From: Lachnospiraceae bacterium
Lineage (GTDB): Bacteria > Bacillota > Clostridia > Lachnospirales > Lachnospiraceae
Length of the DNA: 64,000 bases
Assembly (NCBI GenBank): GCA_021769135.1
Contig: JAETTM010000001.1
Coordinates: forward strand, 12,366-76,365
Direction: 5' to 3'
Positions 19,920-29,438 of the stretch are shown piece after piece. A program made the position numbers and the translations under genes. Below the pieces are notes generated by a model. The model did not search any database and was not told the origin of the DNA. It saw nothing but the letters and a program-made list of their open reading frames with translations. Every line of letters begins with the position of its first letter. Position 1 is the stretch's first letter.

Positions 19920-21023
19920 ATGCTCCCTATATCGGTCTGCCTGATTGCAAAAAATGAAGAAAAATATATCGGCGAATGCCTAAGCCGCCTCGCCCGCTTC
20001 AGCTGGGAAATCGTCGTTGTGGATACCGGCTCTACTGACCGAACGGTGGAAATCGCCCGCACATATACATCGAATGTTTATCATTTTGATTGGATAAATG
20101 ATTTCAGCGCCGCTAAAAATTATGCCGTTCAACAGGCGCATAACGATTGCATATTGACCGTTGACTGCGATGAGTATTTGGAAACTGACGGTGTGGATGA
20201 GGATTTGCTGGGGGAACTGGCGGAAAAGATGGCACCTGGGCAGGCCGGAGTGCTGCACCGTATCAGCCCTGACGCAAGCTTATCCGATTTTGCCGAAAAT
20301 GCGGCTTCCGATACTTCTATGCCTTTGGTCCATGAATCCATTGCCCGCTTTTTCCATCGGGGATATGTACATTATGTGGGAAGCATCCACGAGCAGCTTG
20401 CCTCTATTGATGGCTCTCCTTTGGAATTCATACCTATTCCCCTGACTTTTTTTCATGAGGGATATAGTACCGCCGCTATCAAAAAGGAAAAAGCTTCCCG
20501 CAATATTTCCATGCTGGAAGCTGAATTACAGGCTGGAAATACTGACCCTTATATACTCTTTCAATTGGGGCAGTCTTACTTTGGCCTTTCGGACTACGAG
20601 CATGCGCTGCCTTATTTTGAACGGATTCTTTCCATGGATATAAATGAGAATGAGCCTTATGTCCAGACAATGATAGAATCTTACGGCTATTGTCTGCTGA
20701 ACCTGGGATTTTATGCGAGAGCCCTTGAACTGGAGGGTGTTTATGGCATTTTCTCCAAAACGGCAGATTTTGTATTTCTCATGGGCCTTATATATATGAA
20801 CAATGCCATGTTCCAGCGGGCTATTGAGGAATTTTTAAAGGCCGCCTCCTATTCCGCCTGCGCCGTCGAAGGGGTGAATAGTTATAAGGCTTATTATAAT
20901 ATTGGGGTTATTTATGAGTGTATGGGAAATGAAAAAGATGCCGCGATATTTTATAAAAAGTGCGGGGAATATGAGCCGGCCAGGGGAAGGTTAGAAGGGC
21001 TGGAATTTATACATTTGACATGA
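19920..21023 (+). CDS. GT2 glycosyltransferase fused to C-terminal TPR repeats (GmaR/FgtA-like architecture)
   Basis: GGAGG 8 nt before the ATG at 19920 (alternative ATG at 19905). ISVCLIAKNEEKYIGECL..VVVDTGSTDRT..TVDCDEY, then TPR-like helices (YILFQLGQSYFGLSDYEHALPYFERIL..YYNIGVIYECMGNEKDAAIFYKKC). Confidence 0.85.
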   Translation: MLPISVCLIAKNEEKYIGECLSRLARFSWEIVVVDTGSTDRTVEIARTYTSNVYHFDWINDFSAAKNYAVQQAHNDCILTVDCDEYLETDGVDEDLLGELAEKMAPGQAGVLHRISPDASLSDFAENAASDTSMPLVHESIARFFHRGYVHYVGSIHEQLASIDGSPLEFIPIPLTFFHEGYSTAAIKKEKASRNISMLEAELQAGNTDPYILFQLGQSYFGLSDYEHALPYFERILSMDINENEPYVQTMIESYGYCLLNLGFYARALELEGVYGIFSKTADFVFLMGLIYMNNAMFQRAIEEFLKAASYSACAVEGVNSYKAYYNIGVIYECMGNEKDAAIFYKKCGEYEPARGRLEGLEFIHLT

Positions 21024-21037
21024 CATTCCTGTTTTAT

Positions 21038-21165
21038 CTGGCAGCCAGCTTCTTCTTGGCAGCCAGCTTTTCCTGACAGCCCACCTTTTCCCGGCAATCC
21101 AGCTCCTCCTGGCAACCAGCTTTTCCTGACAGCCTACCTTTTCCTGGCAGCCAGCTTTTCTTTTG
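21038..21165. repeat. Seven degenerate 18-nt tandem units carrying the palindrome CTGGCAGCCAG, in a convergent intergenic region
   Basis: ctggcagccagcttcttct / tggcagccagcttttcc / tgacagcccaccttttcc / cggcaatccagctcctcc / tggcaaccagcttttcc / tgacagcctaccttttcc / tggcagccagcttttc. Confidence 0.85.
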
Positions 21166-21246
21166 AAGCCTTACAAACTTTATTTGCCTTGTTTGGGCGC
21201 TTCTTCCTTTGCACAGAATTGATTCACAAACCATACTATTGTATAT

Positions 21247-22236
21247 TCATCTGTTTTCCTGGCAAAACGCATATACCTTAGTATCCATGCCGGTTTCAAA
21301 AATAATTTTCCCCCTCTCAACAAAATATCCCCCAATCCGTGCAATAAACCCAATGGCATCCCGTTTCATTTCTTCCGGGAATGCGTCCAATACAGGGGCC
21401 GTTTCGAAACTCAATACCTTGTCAAAGCCAATCTTCCCCAATCCTCTGACAAATCCCTCCCAATCCGTGGAGGTCTTATTCCCTCTGCTTCTGGAAAATG
21501 TAAAGGGTATCTGGTGCAAATCGGCAATACCGTCATTATCATGGATATGAAGAACTTTTAATCGATGGCCAAGCATACCGATAAATCGTTCAAAATTGAT
21601 GCCTGCCAGATTGGCATGTCCGGTATCGAAGCAAAACCCCAGCACTTCGGTACCATATCTTTCATTGATACGGTCAATGCGTTCCACAACCTTTTTCCCA
21701 TCGCAGCAAGGGCCTTCTATCAAGTGCCCGCCCAGCCCATCATATAAGTTTTCTATACATATGGTAATCCCCATTTCTTTGGCCATGGGGGCTATGGAAT
21801 GGATGAATTTCTCCGTCTGCTCCCACTCCTTTTCTTCCGAACCCAAATAATGCACCAGCTTAAAGCCATGCACCACAATATAAGGGCAGCCAAAAAAATG
21901 GCAAAGCTCCATGCTTTTCGGCGCAACCTGATTCCAAAGATAATCATTCAACTCTGCCTTGCCTCCAGGCACATACATCGGATATGGCATATGCATTTGA
22001 TGAATGGCAACCCCTGCCTCGCCAGCTGCCCGCTTATGGGGCAAGAAAAACTCCTCCAATTCCCGTACCGTCCGGTTGAAAAAATCGTTAAGCTCCCCCC
22101 GGTAAATGGAAGAATTGATAAGATAAGAATTTAAACTGAAATCCGCACAGGCAAAGCCAGCCTTTGCCATCATGGCAAAGCCCTCTGACGGATTACTGTC
22201 ATTTATAATATTTTGAGTTTGTACGCCTAATCGCAT
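21247..22236 (-). CDS. Sugar phosphate isomerase/epimerase (xylose-isomerase-like TIM barrel)
   Basis: 329 aa. AKAGFACADFSL..YIVVHG..ICIENL..FCFDTGHANL..VLHIHDNDG. Confidence 0.85.
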   Translation of the reverse strand: MRLGVQTQNIINDSNPSEGFAMMAKAGFACADFSLNSYLINSSIYRGELNDFFNRTVRELEEFFLPHKRAAGEAGVAIHQMHMPYPMYVPGGKAELNDYLWNQVAPKSMELCHFFGCPYIVVHGFKLVHYLGSEEKEWEQTEKFIHSIAPMAKEMGITICIENLYDGLGGHLIEGPCCDGKKVVERIDRINERYGTEVLGFCFDTGHANLAGINFERFIGMLGHRLKVLHIHDNDGIADLHQIPFTFSRSRGNKTSTDWEGFVRGLGKIGFDKVLSFETAPVLDAFPEEMKRDAIGFIARIGGYFVERGKIIFETGMDTKVYAFCQENR

Positions 22237-22317
22237 TTTTACTCCATTTCTGTGTACATTCTTTTGCGTATTTCATGCTTGGGCATGTACACAATCGTTA
22301 TTCCCATCCATTCTTTG

Positions 22318-23661
22318 TCAAAAAATTCTATCCGGCACTGCCTTCATTTCCAGCCTGTCAAAATAATAAGAGGGCATATATTCATCGTTGAAATATTCTA
22401 TGGGGTTACGAATCCCCATATCTTTCAACTGCGCCTTGATTTCCTCATAGTAAATATTACAGATGAACACAGCGCATTCTTCCGGCAGTTCCTTTAGGCA
22501 CTGGGGGTTTTTCACCTCCAGTCCGCAAAAAACAGTGCCCCATATGGCAGAATCGTTATCGCATGAATAAAGCGGCGGATATTTCTCTCCATAGCATTTC
22601 ATATAATTCCTGCACATATTCCCTGCACCGAACAGCACTCTGGACGGGTATTTTTTCAGTATATTTTCCATTCCTATCTGCCATTTGAAATAATCCGCAA
22701 TGGCCTTTGCCCATTTCAGCAGTTCCGGATACAATAAGGACGGAAAGGCCGAAATAGTATCTTTCATATTGAAAATCATCTCCCCTGCAAATCCCTGCTC
22801 CCGCAGCCCGCGAATCAGCCCCAGCCAATCCGTCTGCGCCTGCCCGTTGTTCACGCTGGCAAAGGGCAACAGCGCATTTTCGTGGCTTCCATCGCAGTCC
22901 CGCAGCACTACCGCTTTCAGCCGCTCACCCAGCCCTGAAATAAAATCATACATATTCATGCCGCACAAATTGCATGCTCCCACATCCATACAAAAGCCAA
23001 ACCGCTCTTCGCCCAATGTTTCATTGAAACTGTCCACCCAGCTTATCGCTTCATATATGTCTGCGCAAATTCCTCTCACCAAGTGCCCATTTCTATCTCT
23101 GCACTGATTTTCCAGCAATATCTGCACTTCATACTCCCTAGCCAGCAATGCCAATTCCATATAATATTCTCTGTTTCTGCTCCATATTTCTTCATCCGGA
23201 ATGCCAGCAAACAACGGCCTTATCACTATGTATTTGCAGCCCGCCTGGCCGCATGCCCGAATGCTCTCCTTCGCCAGCATTGCGAGAAGGGCATTTAAAT
23301 TCGAATACTTATAGCTTCTTGGCAAATAGGGAGCATAGGCAATTTTTATCCGCATGCCGCTTTTTTGGCATTGTTCTATTAACGAAAAAGACTGCGAAAG
23401 GCTGATACTGCCATTGCCATCATACTCGTTTTCAGCACTCTCTCCGCAGCATTCTTCCTCAAAGGCCAATGCGGCTTCCGTTCCCCTTTCTTTCCCTGTC
23501 TTTTCCAGTTCTTCCGGCGGACAACAAAGTGAAAAGTCCAGCAGCATGCTTTCAAAACCTGCATCGGAGAGGCAGGCAATTCCCCTGCCAGGGCTTTTTA
23601 TAGATACGATTCCGGCTGGGGCGCATACTATGTTTATTTCTTTGTTTGTTTTTTCTGTCAT
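22318..23661 (-). CDS. TIM-barrel sugar phosphate isomerase/epimerase fused to the C-terminal Rossmann-like module
   Basis: 447 aa. KYIVIRP..ILLENQ..FCMDVGACNL..AVVLRDCDG, then RVLFGAGNMCRNYMKCYG..SCDNDSAIWGTVFCGLEVKNPQCL..AVFICN..IKAQLKDMGI. Confidence 0.8.
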   Translation of the reverse strand: MTEKTNKEINIVCAPAGIVSIKSPGRGIACLSDAGFESMLLDFSLCCPPEELEKTGKERGTEAALAFEEECCGESAENEYDGNGSISLSQSFSLIEQCQKSGMRIKIAYAPYLPRSYKYSNLNALLAMLAKESIRACGQAGCKYIVIRPLFAGIPDEEIWSRNREYYMELALLAREYEVQILLENQCRDRNGHLVRGICADIYEAISWVDSFNETLGEERFGFCMDVGACNLCGMNMYDFISGLGERLKAVVLRDCDGSHENALLPFASVNNGQAQTDWLGLIRGLREQGFAGEMIFNMKDTISAFPSLLYPELLKWAKAIADYFKWQIGMENILKKYPSRVLFGAGNMCRNYMKCYGEKYPPLYSCDNDSAIWGTVFCGLEVKNPQCLKELPEECAVFICNIYYEEIKAQLKDMGIRNPIEYFNDEYMPSYYFDRLEMKAVPDRIF

Positions 23662-23806
23662 AATAATCCTTATTCTCCCCAGTCTCCTAATATATATTCT
23701 TCAATATCATATCTCTGATTCAAAACATGCTCCTCCATCATCTCAGCTTCCGCAAAAAGTCTGATTGCTGTCTTTTTCGGTTTGATGCCATTTCGTCTCA
23801 TCTTTG

Positions 23807-24889
23807 CTAAACTGCATATAAAACAGTATCAAACCAAGCGTTTGCATATTGTCGCACATACAGCTTATATTCCCGATTCATTTCCTTTATCATCATTGGA
23901 ATTGTATATAAATCATCTGGCTTATGATAAATACACACCGCCAGTTTTGGCTTATACGTCTGTATAATTTTCCTACAACCTTTCAGCGCTTCCTGCTCTG
24001 CCCCTTCTATGTCCATTTTTATGTAGGTAGGTCTCCTATCATAAACCATTTCATCCAAAGCAACAGTTTCAATTATATTTTTTCCACTCACTTCAGACAC
24101 ATAAGAACTACCCGTTCCCATAGCATTGAAGTAAAGCTTTGTACTTTTACTCCAAACGCCTAACGGGTATAGATGATAACGATTATTTCCCATATTTTTC
24201 TCTATTATTGCTTTTTTAGAAACTTCCGGCTCAAAAATAATAATATCCTGATATTTTCCACCACAATGTTCTATAAATTGCAAGGCCGAGTCTCCATCAA
24301 AACCTCCGCAGTCTATAAACACTTCATCTTCTTTCAATACAACTTTTTCTTCAAAATATTCCTCTCCATCATAACTGACAATCTGTGAAATATCACTTAA
24401 CAAAAATGCTTTCTTCATTCTTTCAAGATATACCTGTCTGGAAAATTCATCCTCCAAAAGCCGATATGCTTCCCTGTATGCCTCAATATTTGCATCAAAA
24501 TATTCTTTTGTCTGCCAATAAAAAAACTCATTCATAATATGTATCTGTGTTTCATTGAATCCCAGCGAAAGCAATTGTTGATAAATCGATTGATATGCTT
24601 TTTCCTCCCCTACACAAACCAATATTTCCGGATGAATAATTGTACCATTCAGCTCCTCTGGCTTGATAACCTTAAGTCCTGTTATTTCATCTATACCACC
24701 GCCCATTCCATTATCACAAAAACATAATGCCTGAATGCCATAGCTATACAGCAGGTCATAAATTCTATGTCCACAGTCACCAGCTCCAAAAATAATCGGA
24801 CTCCCTTCCTTTATATTGCCAAAAAGCCTGTCTTTTATTTTATCTGCCTGCTCTCTAATTTCCTCTGCCACACAGTTAAATCTTTGCAT
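23807..24889 (-). CDS. N-terminal Rossmann-like module fused to an FkbM-family methyltransferase
   Basis: Start chosen at MQRFNC (GAGAGGAA SD). IIFGAGDCGHRIYDLL..FCDNG..GLKVIKPEEL, then FIDCGGFDGDSA..YIKMDIEGAEQEAL. Confidence 0.85.
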   Translation of the reverse strand: MQRFNCVAEEIREQADKIKDRLFGNIKEGSPIIFGAGDCGHRIYDLLYSYGIQALCFCDNGMGGGIDEITGLKVIKPEELNGTIIHPEILVCVGEEKAYQSIYQQLLSLGFNETQIHIMNEFFYWQTKEYFDANIEAYREAYRLLEDEFSRQVYLERMKKAFLLSDISQIVSYDGEEYFEEKVVLKEDEVFIDCGGFDGDSALQFIEHCGGKYQDIIIFEPEVSKKAIIEKNMGNNRYHLYPLGVWSKSTKLYFNAMGTGSSYVSEVSGKNIIETVALDEMVYDRRPTYIKMDIEGAEQEALKGCRKIIQTYKPKLAVCIYHKPDDLYTIPMMIKEMNREYKLYVRQYANAWFDTVLYAV

Positions 24890-24920
24890 ATGCCATTCCT
24901 CTCTTATCGTATCTTCCACA

Positions 24921-25847
24921 CTATTCACCAAACAATACCCGACATTCAATACCTTCAAGCTGTAGGTTTTCCTTAATTGCCAATGATGCATGTTCCGATG
25001 CCGTAACCAAGCAATTGTACTGTTCGCTGTCCTTTTTGTATTCCTGAAGCGAAATCACCTTTTTTCCTTTACGCTGGCTGCCTACTTTAATACTCGAATT
25101 ATCTACAAAAAAACATACATTATCATTTCCCAAAATTTCTAAAACAGCATCTCCTATCCATCCTGCCCCAAATAACACAATAGGTTTCTTCTCCACAAAA
25201 TGCTCACACGCACTTTTTACTTTTTTCTTAATAATATCATACATTTTGCTGTCATCAATCGGCACCCTTATTTCTTTTTTAAATGGTTCGCCCTTTATAT
25301 CATTGCAAGGGCTTTTCTGCGCTGCAAGGCAGGTATCATTCCACTCACTCAACCAATCTATTAAGTAATTCATCTCCGGAACACCTCCCGTGGAGGCATG
25401 ATGCACCTTCATGCCCGCCCATTTGGCAAGTGCCGCTAATCCCTCTCCATAATAACGGTAACAGTCGCTTGATGCACCATAATAAACGGAAGAAGGTACA
25501 ATGATAAAGCAAAAACCAGAGGGTTTCAATATTCTTTCAATTTCTTTCATCGTAAGCCAAGGATATTCAATATATTCAAACGTCTGTCCTGATATCACAA
25601 CATCGAAGCTTTCGTCTTCTATTTCTTTCCAATCATAAACAGACTTTGGAACCAAATCTACATTTGGCCCCTCATGAATATCCAACCCTATATAACTGTA
25701 TCTGGAATCCGCAAAAATTTCCCTGTAGGTTCCCTCTTTATCGCAGCTTCCTACATCAAGCACCTTTATCTTCCCTCTGCTTTCCGGGAAAAATTGTTCA
25801 TAAAAGCTTACCATATATGCCATTTTTTTATACGATGATAAATGCAT
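24921..25847 (-). CDS. Class I SAM-dependent methyltransferase fused to the C-terminal Rossmann-like module
   Basis: VLDVGSCDKEG..FDVVISGQTFEYIEYP..LKPSGFCFIIVP, then IVLFGAGWIGDAVLEILG..FVDNSSIKVGSQRKGKKVISLQE. Confidence 0.85.
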   Translation of the reverse strand: MHLSSYKKMAYMVSFYEQFFPESRGKIKVLDVGSCDKEGTYREIFADSRYSYIGLDIHEGPNVDLVPKSVYDWKEIEDESFDVVISGQTFEYIEYPWLTMKEIERILKPSGFCFIIVPSSVYYGASSDCYRYYGEGLAALAKWAGMKVHHASTGGVPEMNYLIDWLSEWNDTCLAAQKSPCNDIKGEPFKKEIRVPIDDSKMYDIIKKKVKSACEHFVEKKPIVLFGAGWIGDAVLEILGNDNVCFFVDNSSIKVGSQRKGKKVISLQEYKKDSEQYNCLVTASEHASLAIKENLQLEGIECRVLFGE

Positions 25848-25861
25848 ATTTGCCCCTCCTG

Positions 25862-28117
25862 CTACATCAGTTTTTTATCAATCAATGCCTTTATTTTACT
25901 GGAGCTGGTGCTCTCTGTATAGGGAAAAAACACCATCGCAGAACCGTTTTGCTCTAAAAATTCCTTGTTGTTTATCCATGACGGATTGTTTATATAATCG
26001 CTTCCCGAAAACTGACAGTCAAAATGATACATCTTGTATGCCTCCTTTGTATCATGAAATTGCAAAGGAATTTCCACCGCTTCATCCACATAACGGCAGG
26101 AACGCACCATTTCTATCCTTTCCTCAAACGGCACAAAAGGTTCCACCTTCTTTATTTTGCGCACTCCTTCATCCGTTACTACACCCACAATCAAATAATC
26201 ACACTGCTCTTTGGCACGTTTAAACATGTTCAGATGCCCGATATGGAACAAATCGAAAACGCCTGAAATATATCCCACGTGATATTTCTTTTGCACAGCC
26301 CCATCTATATCTTGAACAGTTCCTCTGCTTTTTCTTTCATAGCCTATATTGGCATCATATATACTGTATTTATCCACACCCAGACTTTTTAGCTGTCTTA
26401 ACACAGATATATAATTTTTAATGCACACAATTACTTTGTATTCAGCAGGTTTTAGCTGTCTAAGGATTTCCGGTGAGCAGATTTCTACACCGTCTATGCT
26501 TTCTCCCCATTTGGCTTGATTATTATCGATAATAGCATACACCGGGTAATCCTTTCGGTACAAAGCAATAAATTTTTTTGCAAAGTTTCCCGAACCAAAA
26601 AGAATTAATTTGCGAGTATCCACATCCTTAAATATATCAATAAAAATTTCTCTGTACTCAGAATCTGAACAGTTAATCCTCTGGCGATTTGAATTCACAA
26701 CATCATCATTTATCCGATGCCTGCTATAATACCCTAACAAGCTCTCCTCATTTAAAAGCTTTGACAAAAAAACATACTCCATCTCCGCCCAGTGCTCTGC
26801 TTTGTCAAGAAGATGATATCTAGCAAACATTTCACTCATAGGAATAATTCTACTTAACGATGCATTGCCGCTATAAAACGTAGTAATCATTCTCGCTATA
26901 ATTGCATTGGCTGGATAGTTCTCCTGGCAAAATTCCTGATCATAAAACACAAATTCGCCGTCTATGTAAAAGCTGTTGAGCGGCACCATATCAATATAAC
27001 CTCTACGCAAAATGACCCCTTCACCGTCACCCATATCTTCTTTCACATGCTCTGAGGACTGTAAAATCAAATCACGAAAATAATCCATCTCCTTCAAAAA
27101 TGCATCCTTATCCGTCCGAATCAGGCGCTTTAGATAAAGCTGCGCCGCTTCCCCTCTCATATAAGGCATAACATAGGCATCCTTTTCAATTCGGGCATCA
27201 ACTATGGAAATCCCATGAGCAGCCAAATCATTTGCGTGCTCCACAAATAACGCCAGCCGCTTTCTCCCTTCTGGATATGCCGCCCTTTTCTCTACTCTCT
27301 CTGAATGGTGAATAATAGTAAAAAGCGCCCTCTCCCTGCCTCTGTCCATAGAACATGTTACATGGTCAATGTCTGACAATGTACCGTCTATCGTGCACTC
27401 TATGAGATATGCGTTTGCCATCTGATGAAACATATCGTTATCCACCAGACCCTCATACAACAGCCTTTCATTCATAAAAGCCGTATAAGGATAATTCAAA
27501 AGCGGAATCAACCTGTTTGCCAAATCCTCTGTGGGAAGAAAGTGTTCTGAATAAATAAGCGTTGGATTCTTTAAATCCGAAAAAACAGAAAAAAAGCAAA
27601 ACTGCTCAAACCCTGACACATTCAACATTCTTCTAATCTCGGCACGATTATAACTCCTGCCCTGGAAGTCATCTTCTATTTTGGTATATGCATACTGATA
27701 TCCTTCTATACCATCAAAACTTCTGTTCGTATAAGGGTCTCTGTCACCACAAAAATATCGAATTCCCATCCGATTGTTCATGCCAAGGAGCATAATCCCG
27801 CTGCCTTTAAGAATTATATAAAATACATCTAAAAAAGGCGCAGGAATTGCCTGTCTTTCCAAAGCCTCTATACAAACTATATAATCAAAATAATGACGAT
27901 GCTCCTGCTGCCATGCCTCTTCCAGCAGCCTTTCCAGTGGTGCACATGTGATACTCATTTCTTTTTCCCATAGCATATGAGCCAAAGGCGTATTTTCATC
28001 TCCAATATAGAGCACATCGCTCCCTTCCTTAAAATCATACCATTGCAGAAGCCCCTTTTGTATCCCCTCAATCAATTCCTGCGTCTGTTCCACCTTTATC
28101 CTCCTTTCTTCATGCAC
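25862..28117 (-). CDS. Four-domain fusion: methyltransferase-like / kinase-like (APH-ChoK fold) / Rossmann-like module / HxGH cytidylyltransferase
   Basis: 751 aa. Residues ~25-175 VLYIGDEN..FDYIVCIEALE..LKGSGIMLLG. Residues ~230-470 GYIDMVPLNSFYIDGEFVFYDQEF (kinase-like D..N..D). Residues 503-588 LILFGSGNFAKKF..IIDNNQAKWGESIDGVEICSPE. Residues 610-751 GYISGVFDLFHIGHLNMF..YLIVGVVTDE..CRYVDEAV..SSSKIK (TagD-like). Confidence 0.85.
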   Translation of the reverse strand: MHEERRIKVEQTQELIEGIQKGLLQWYDFKEGSDVLYIGDENTPLAHMLWEKEMSITCAPLERLLEEAWQQEHRHYFDYIVCIEALERQAIPAPFLDVFYIILKGSGIMLLGMNNRMGIRYFCGDRDPYTNRSFDGIEGYQYAYTKIEDDFQGRSYNRAEIRRMLNVSGFEQFCFFSVFSDLKNPTLIYSEHFLPTEDLANRLIPLLNYPYTAFMNERLLYEGLVDNDMFHQMANAYLIECTIDGTLSDIDHVTCSMDRGRERALFTIIHHSERVEKRAAYPEGRKRLALFVEHANDLAAHGISIVDARIEKDAYVMPYMRGEAAQLYLKRLIRTDKDAFLKEMDYFRDLILQSSEHVKEDMGDGEGVILRRGYIDMVPLNSFYIDGEFVFYDQEFCQENYPANAIIARMITTFYSGNASLSRIIPMSEMFARYHLLDKAEHWAEMEYVFLSKLLNEESLLGYYSRHRINDDVVNSNRQRINCSDSEYREIFIDIFKDVDTRKLILFGSGNFAKKFIALYRKDYPVYAIIDNNQAKWGESIDGVEICSPEILRQLKPAEYKVIVCIKNYISVLRQLKSLGVDKYSIYDANIGYERKSRGTVQDIDGAVQKKYHVGYISGVFDLFHIGHLNMFKRAKEQCDYLIVGVVTDEGVRKIKKVEPFVPFEERIEMVRSCRYVDEAVEIPLQFHDTKEAYKMYHFDCQFSGSDYINNPSWINNKEFLEQNGSAMVFFPYTESTSSSKIKALIDKKLM

Positions 28118-28132
28118 CTGCAGATTTAACGC

Positions 28133-29434
28133 TTATACATCTATTTTTCTCGCCGATACCGTTATAATATTGGGAAACCGAAGCTTCTTTAAGCAGTCCA
28201 GCATTGCCTGAAATGTATCTGATTTCTCTTTTACTGCCAAAATAACCAGGCTTATATCTTTTTCACTAAGGCAGTCAGAAATTTCACATACAGGTTCTCC
28301 CTGGCATTCCATACTCTTTCCACTAAGACTTGTAACTGCAACCCTTATCCTCTGCGTGTCCGTCTTCGCCTTTTTTACTCTATAGGTGATCTGTTCGCCA
28401 TATACGCCTGCGCCATATACAATAATATTTTTATAGCCCCGGACAGCTTCCCTTGTTATTTCCCTCCCCTGCATCAAGGCATCCTCCACATAGGCTAACG
28501 GATTACTTATAATCGAAATCTGTTCCTGGGTCATACGGTCATAAAACGCTTCATTCTGCTCTTCAAAAAATATTTTCTCCTGTTCCATTACCTTTGCAAA
28601 TTCCAGTTTCATGGGAAAGTCAATTTTCCACAGAGTGCTTATATACTCCATCATCCGCAAGTGAAAGCAAATTCGGTATAGTTTTTTATCTATATCTCTC
28701 TGGTCCCTCATAAACCTTCGGATAAAGTCAAACTCATTTTTCATAGCATACACTTTTTGTTTGTTGTGTATGGATGAAAGCATATTATCCTGCCTGTAGT
28801 TATAAAATGCCTTGTCCAAGAACATAACCCGCCGAGACCAGTAAAAAGTCTGAAACCAAAACCCGTTGTCCTGAAAAGATGCGCCCGGCGTTTCATTATA
28901 TCTAATCTTATTTTGGAGAATCAACTCTTTTTTGTATAATGCATCCCATGTGAACTTTTCAAGGAAATACGAGTCTAACTCTGAATTAGGGTTAAGAACC
29001 CTGTTATACATCCTCTTTTCTTCCGTCATGGTGCAATACTTCTTCTCCATTGTACCGTCTTCCTTATCCCACACGGCAAAGAAGTCTGTCTTTACAAAGT
29101 CCAAATCATACTCTGTAATTGTATGATATAGGACCTGATACATATCACATTCAATTGTATCATCACTCTCAACAATACCGATATATCTTCCCTGGGCCAG
29201 CAACATCGCCTCATTCATTGTATTCCCGTAGCCAGTATTTTCCTTATGTACAACCTTTACCCGCTTATCCTTTAGCGCATACTCGTCTAAGATTTCCCCT
29301 GACCGGTCCGTGGAACCGTCATCCATACAGATTACCTCAAAATCTGTAAATGTCTGCGCAAGTATGCTGTCAAGACAAGCCCTCAGATATTTTTCAACAT
29401 TATAAACCGGTACAAGAACCGATATTTCCACCAT
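28133..29434 (-). CDS. GT2 glycosyltransferase fused to the C-terminal Rossmann-like module
   Basis: ISVLVPVYNVEKYLRACLDSILAQT..ICMDDGSTDRS..IVESDD, then NIIVYGAGVYGEQITYRV. Confidence 0.9.
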   Translation of the reverse strand: MVEISVLVPVYNVEKYLRACLDSILAQTFTDFEVICMDDGSTDRSGEILDEYALKDKRVKVVHKENTGYGNTMNEAMLLAQGRYIGIVESDDTIECDMYQVLYHTITEYDLDFVKTDFFAVWDKEDGTMEKKYCTMTEEKRMYNRVLNPNSELDSYFLEKFTWDALYKKELILQNKIRYNETPGASFQDNGFWFQTFYWSRRVMFLDKAFYNYRQDNMLSSIHNKQKVYAMKNEFDFIRRFMRDQRDIDKKLYRICFHLRMMEYISTLWKIDFPMKLEFAKVMEQEKIFFEEQNEAFYDRMTQEQISIISNPLAYVEDALMQGREITREAVRGYKNIIVYGAGVYGEQITYRVKKAKTDTQRIRVAVTSLSGKSMECQGEPVCEISDCLSEKDISLVILAVKEKSDTFQAMLDCLKKLRFPNIITVSARKIDV

Positions 29435-29438
29435 ACTG

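Noticed and set aside
21038-21165. Possible CRISPR array.
   Set aside because: The units are only 18 nt, directly abutting with no spacers, and degenerate. No cas genes are in the window.
21034-21234. 66-aa minus-strand ORF encoding (E/K)KLAA(K/R)-like hexapeptides.
   Set aside because: It has no ribosome-binding site, and its reading frame is generated by the 18-nt tandem repeat. It is treated as a non-coding repeat, although a decayed gene remnant cannot be excluded.
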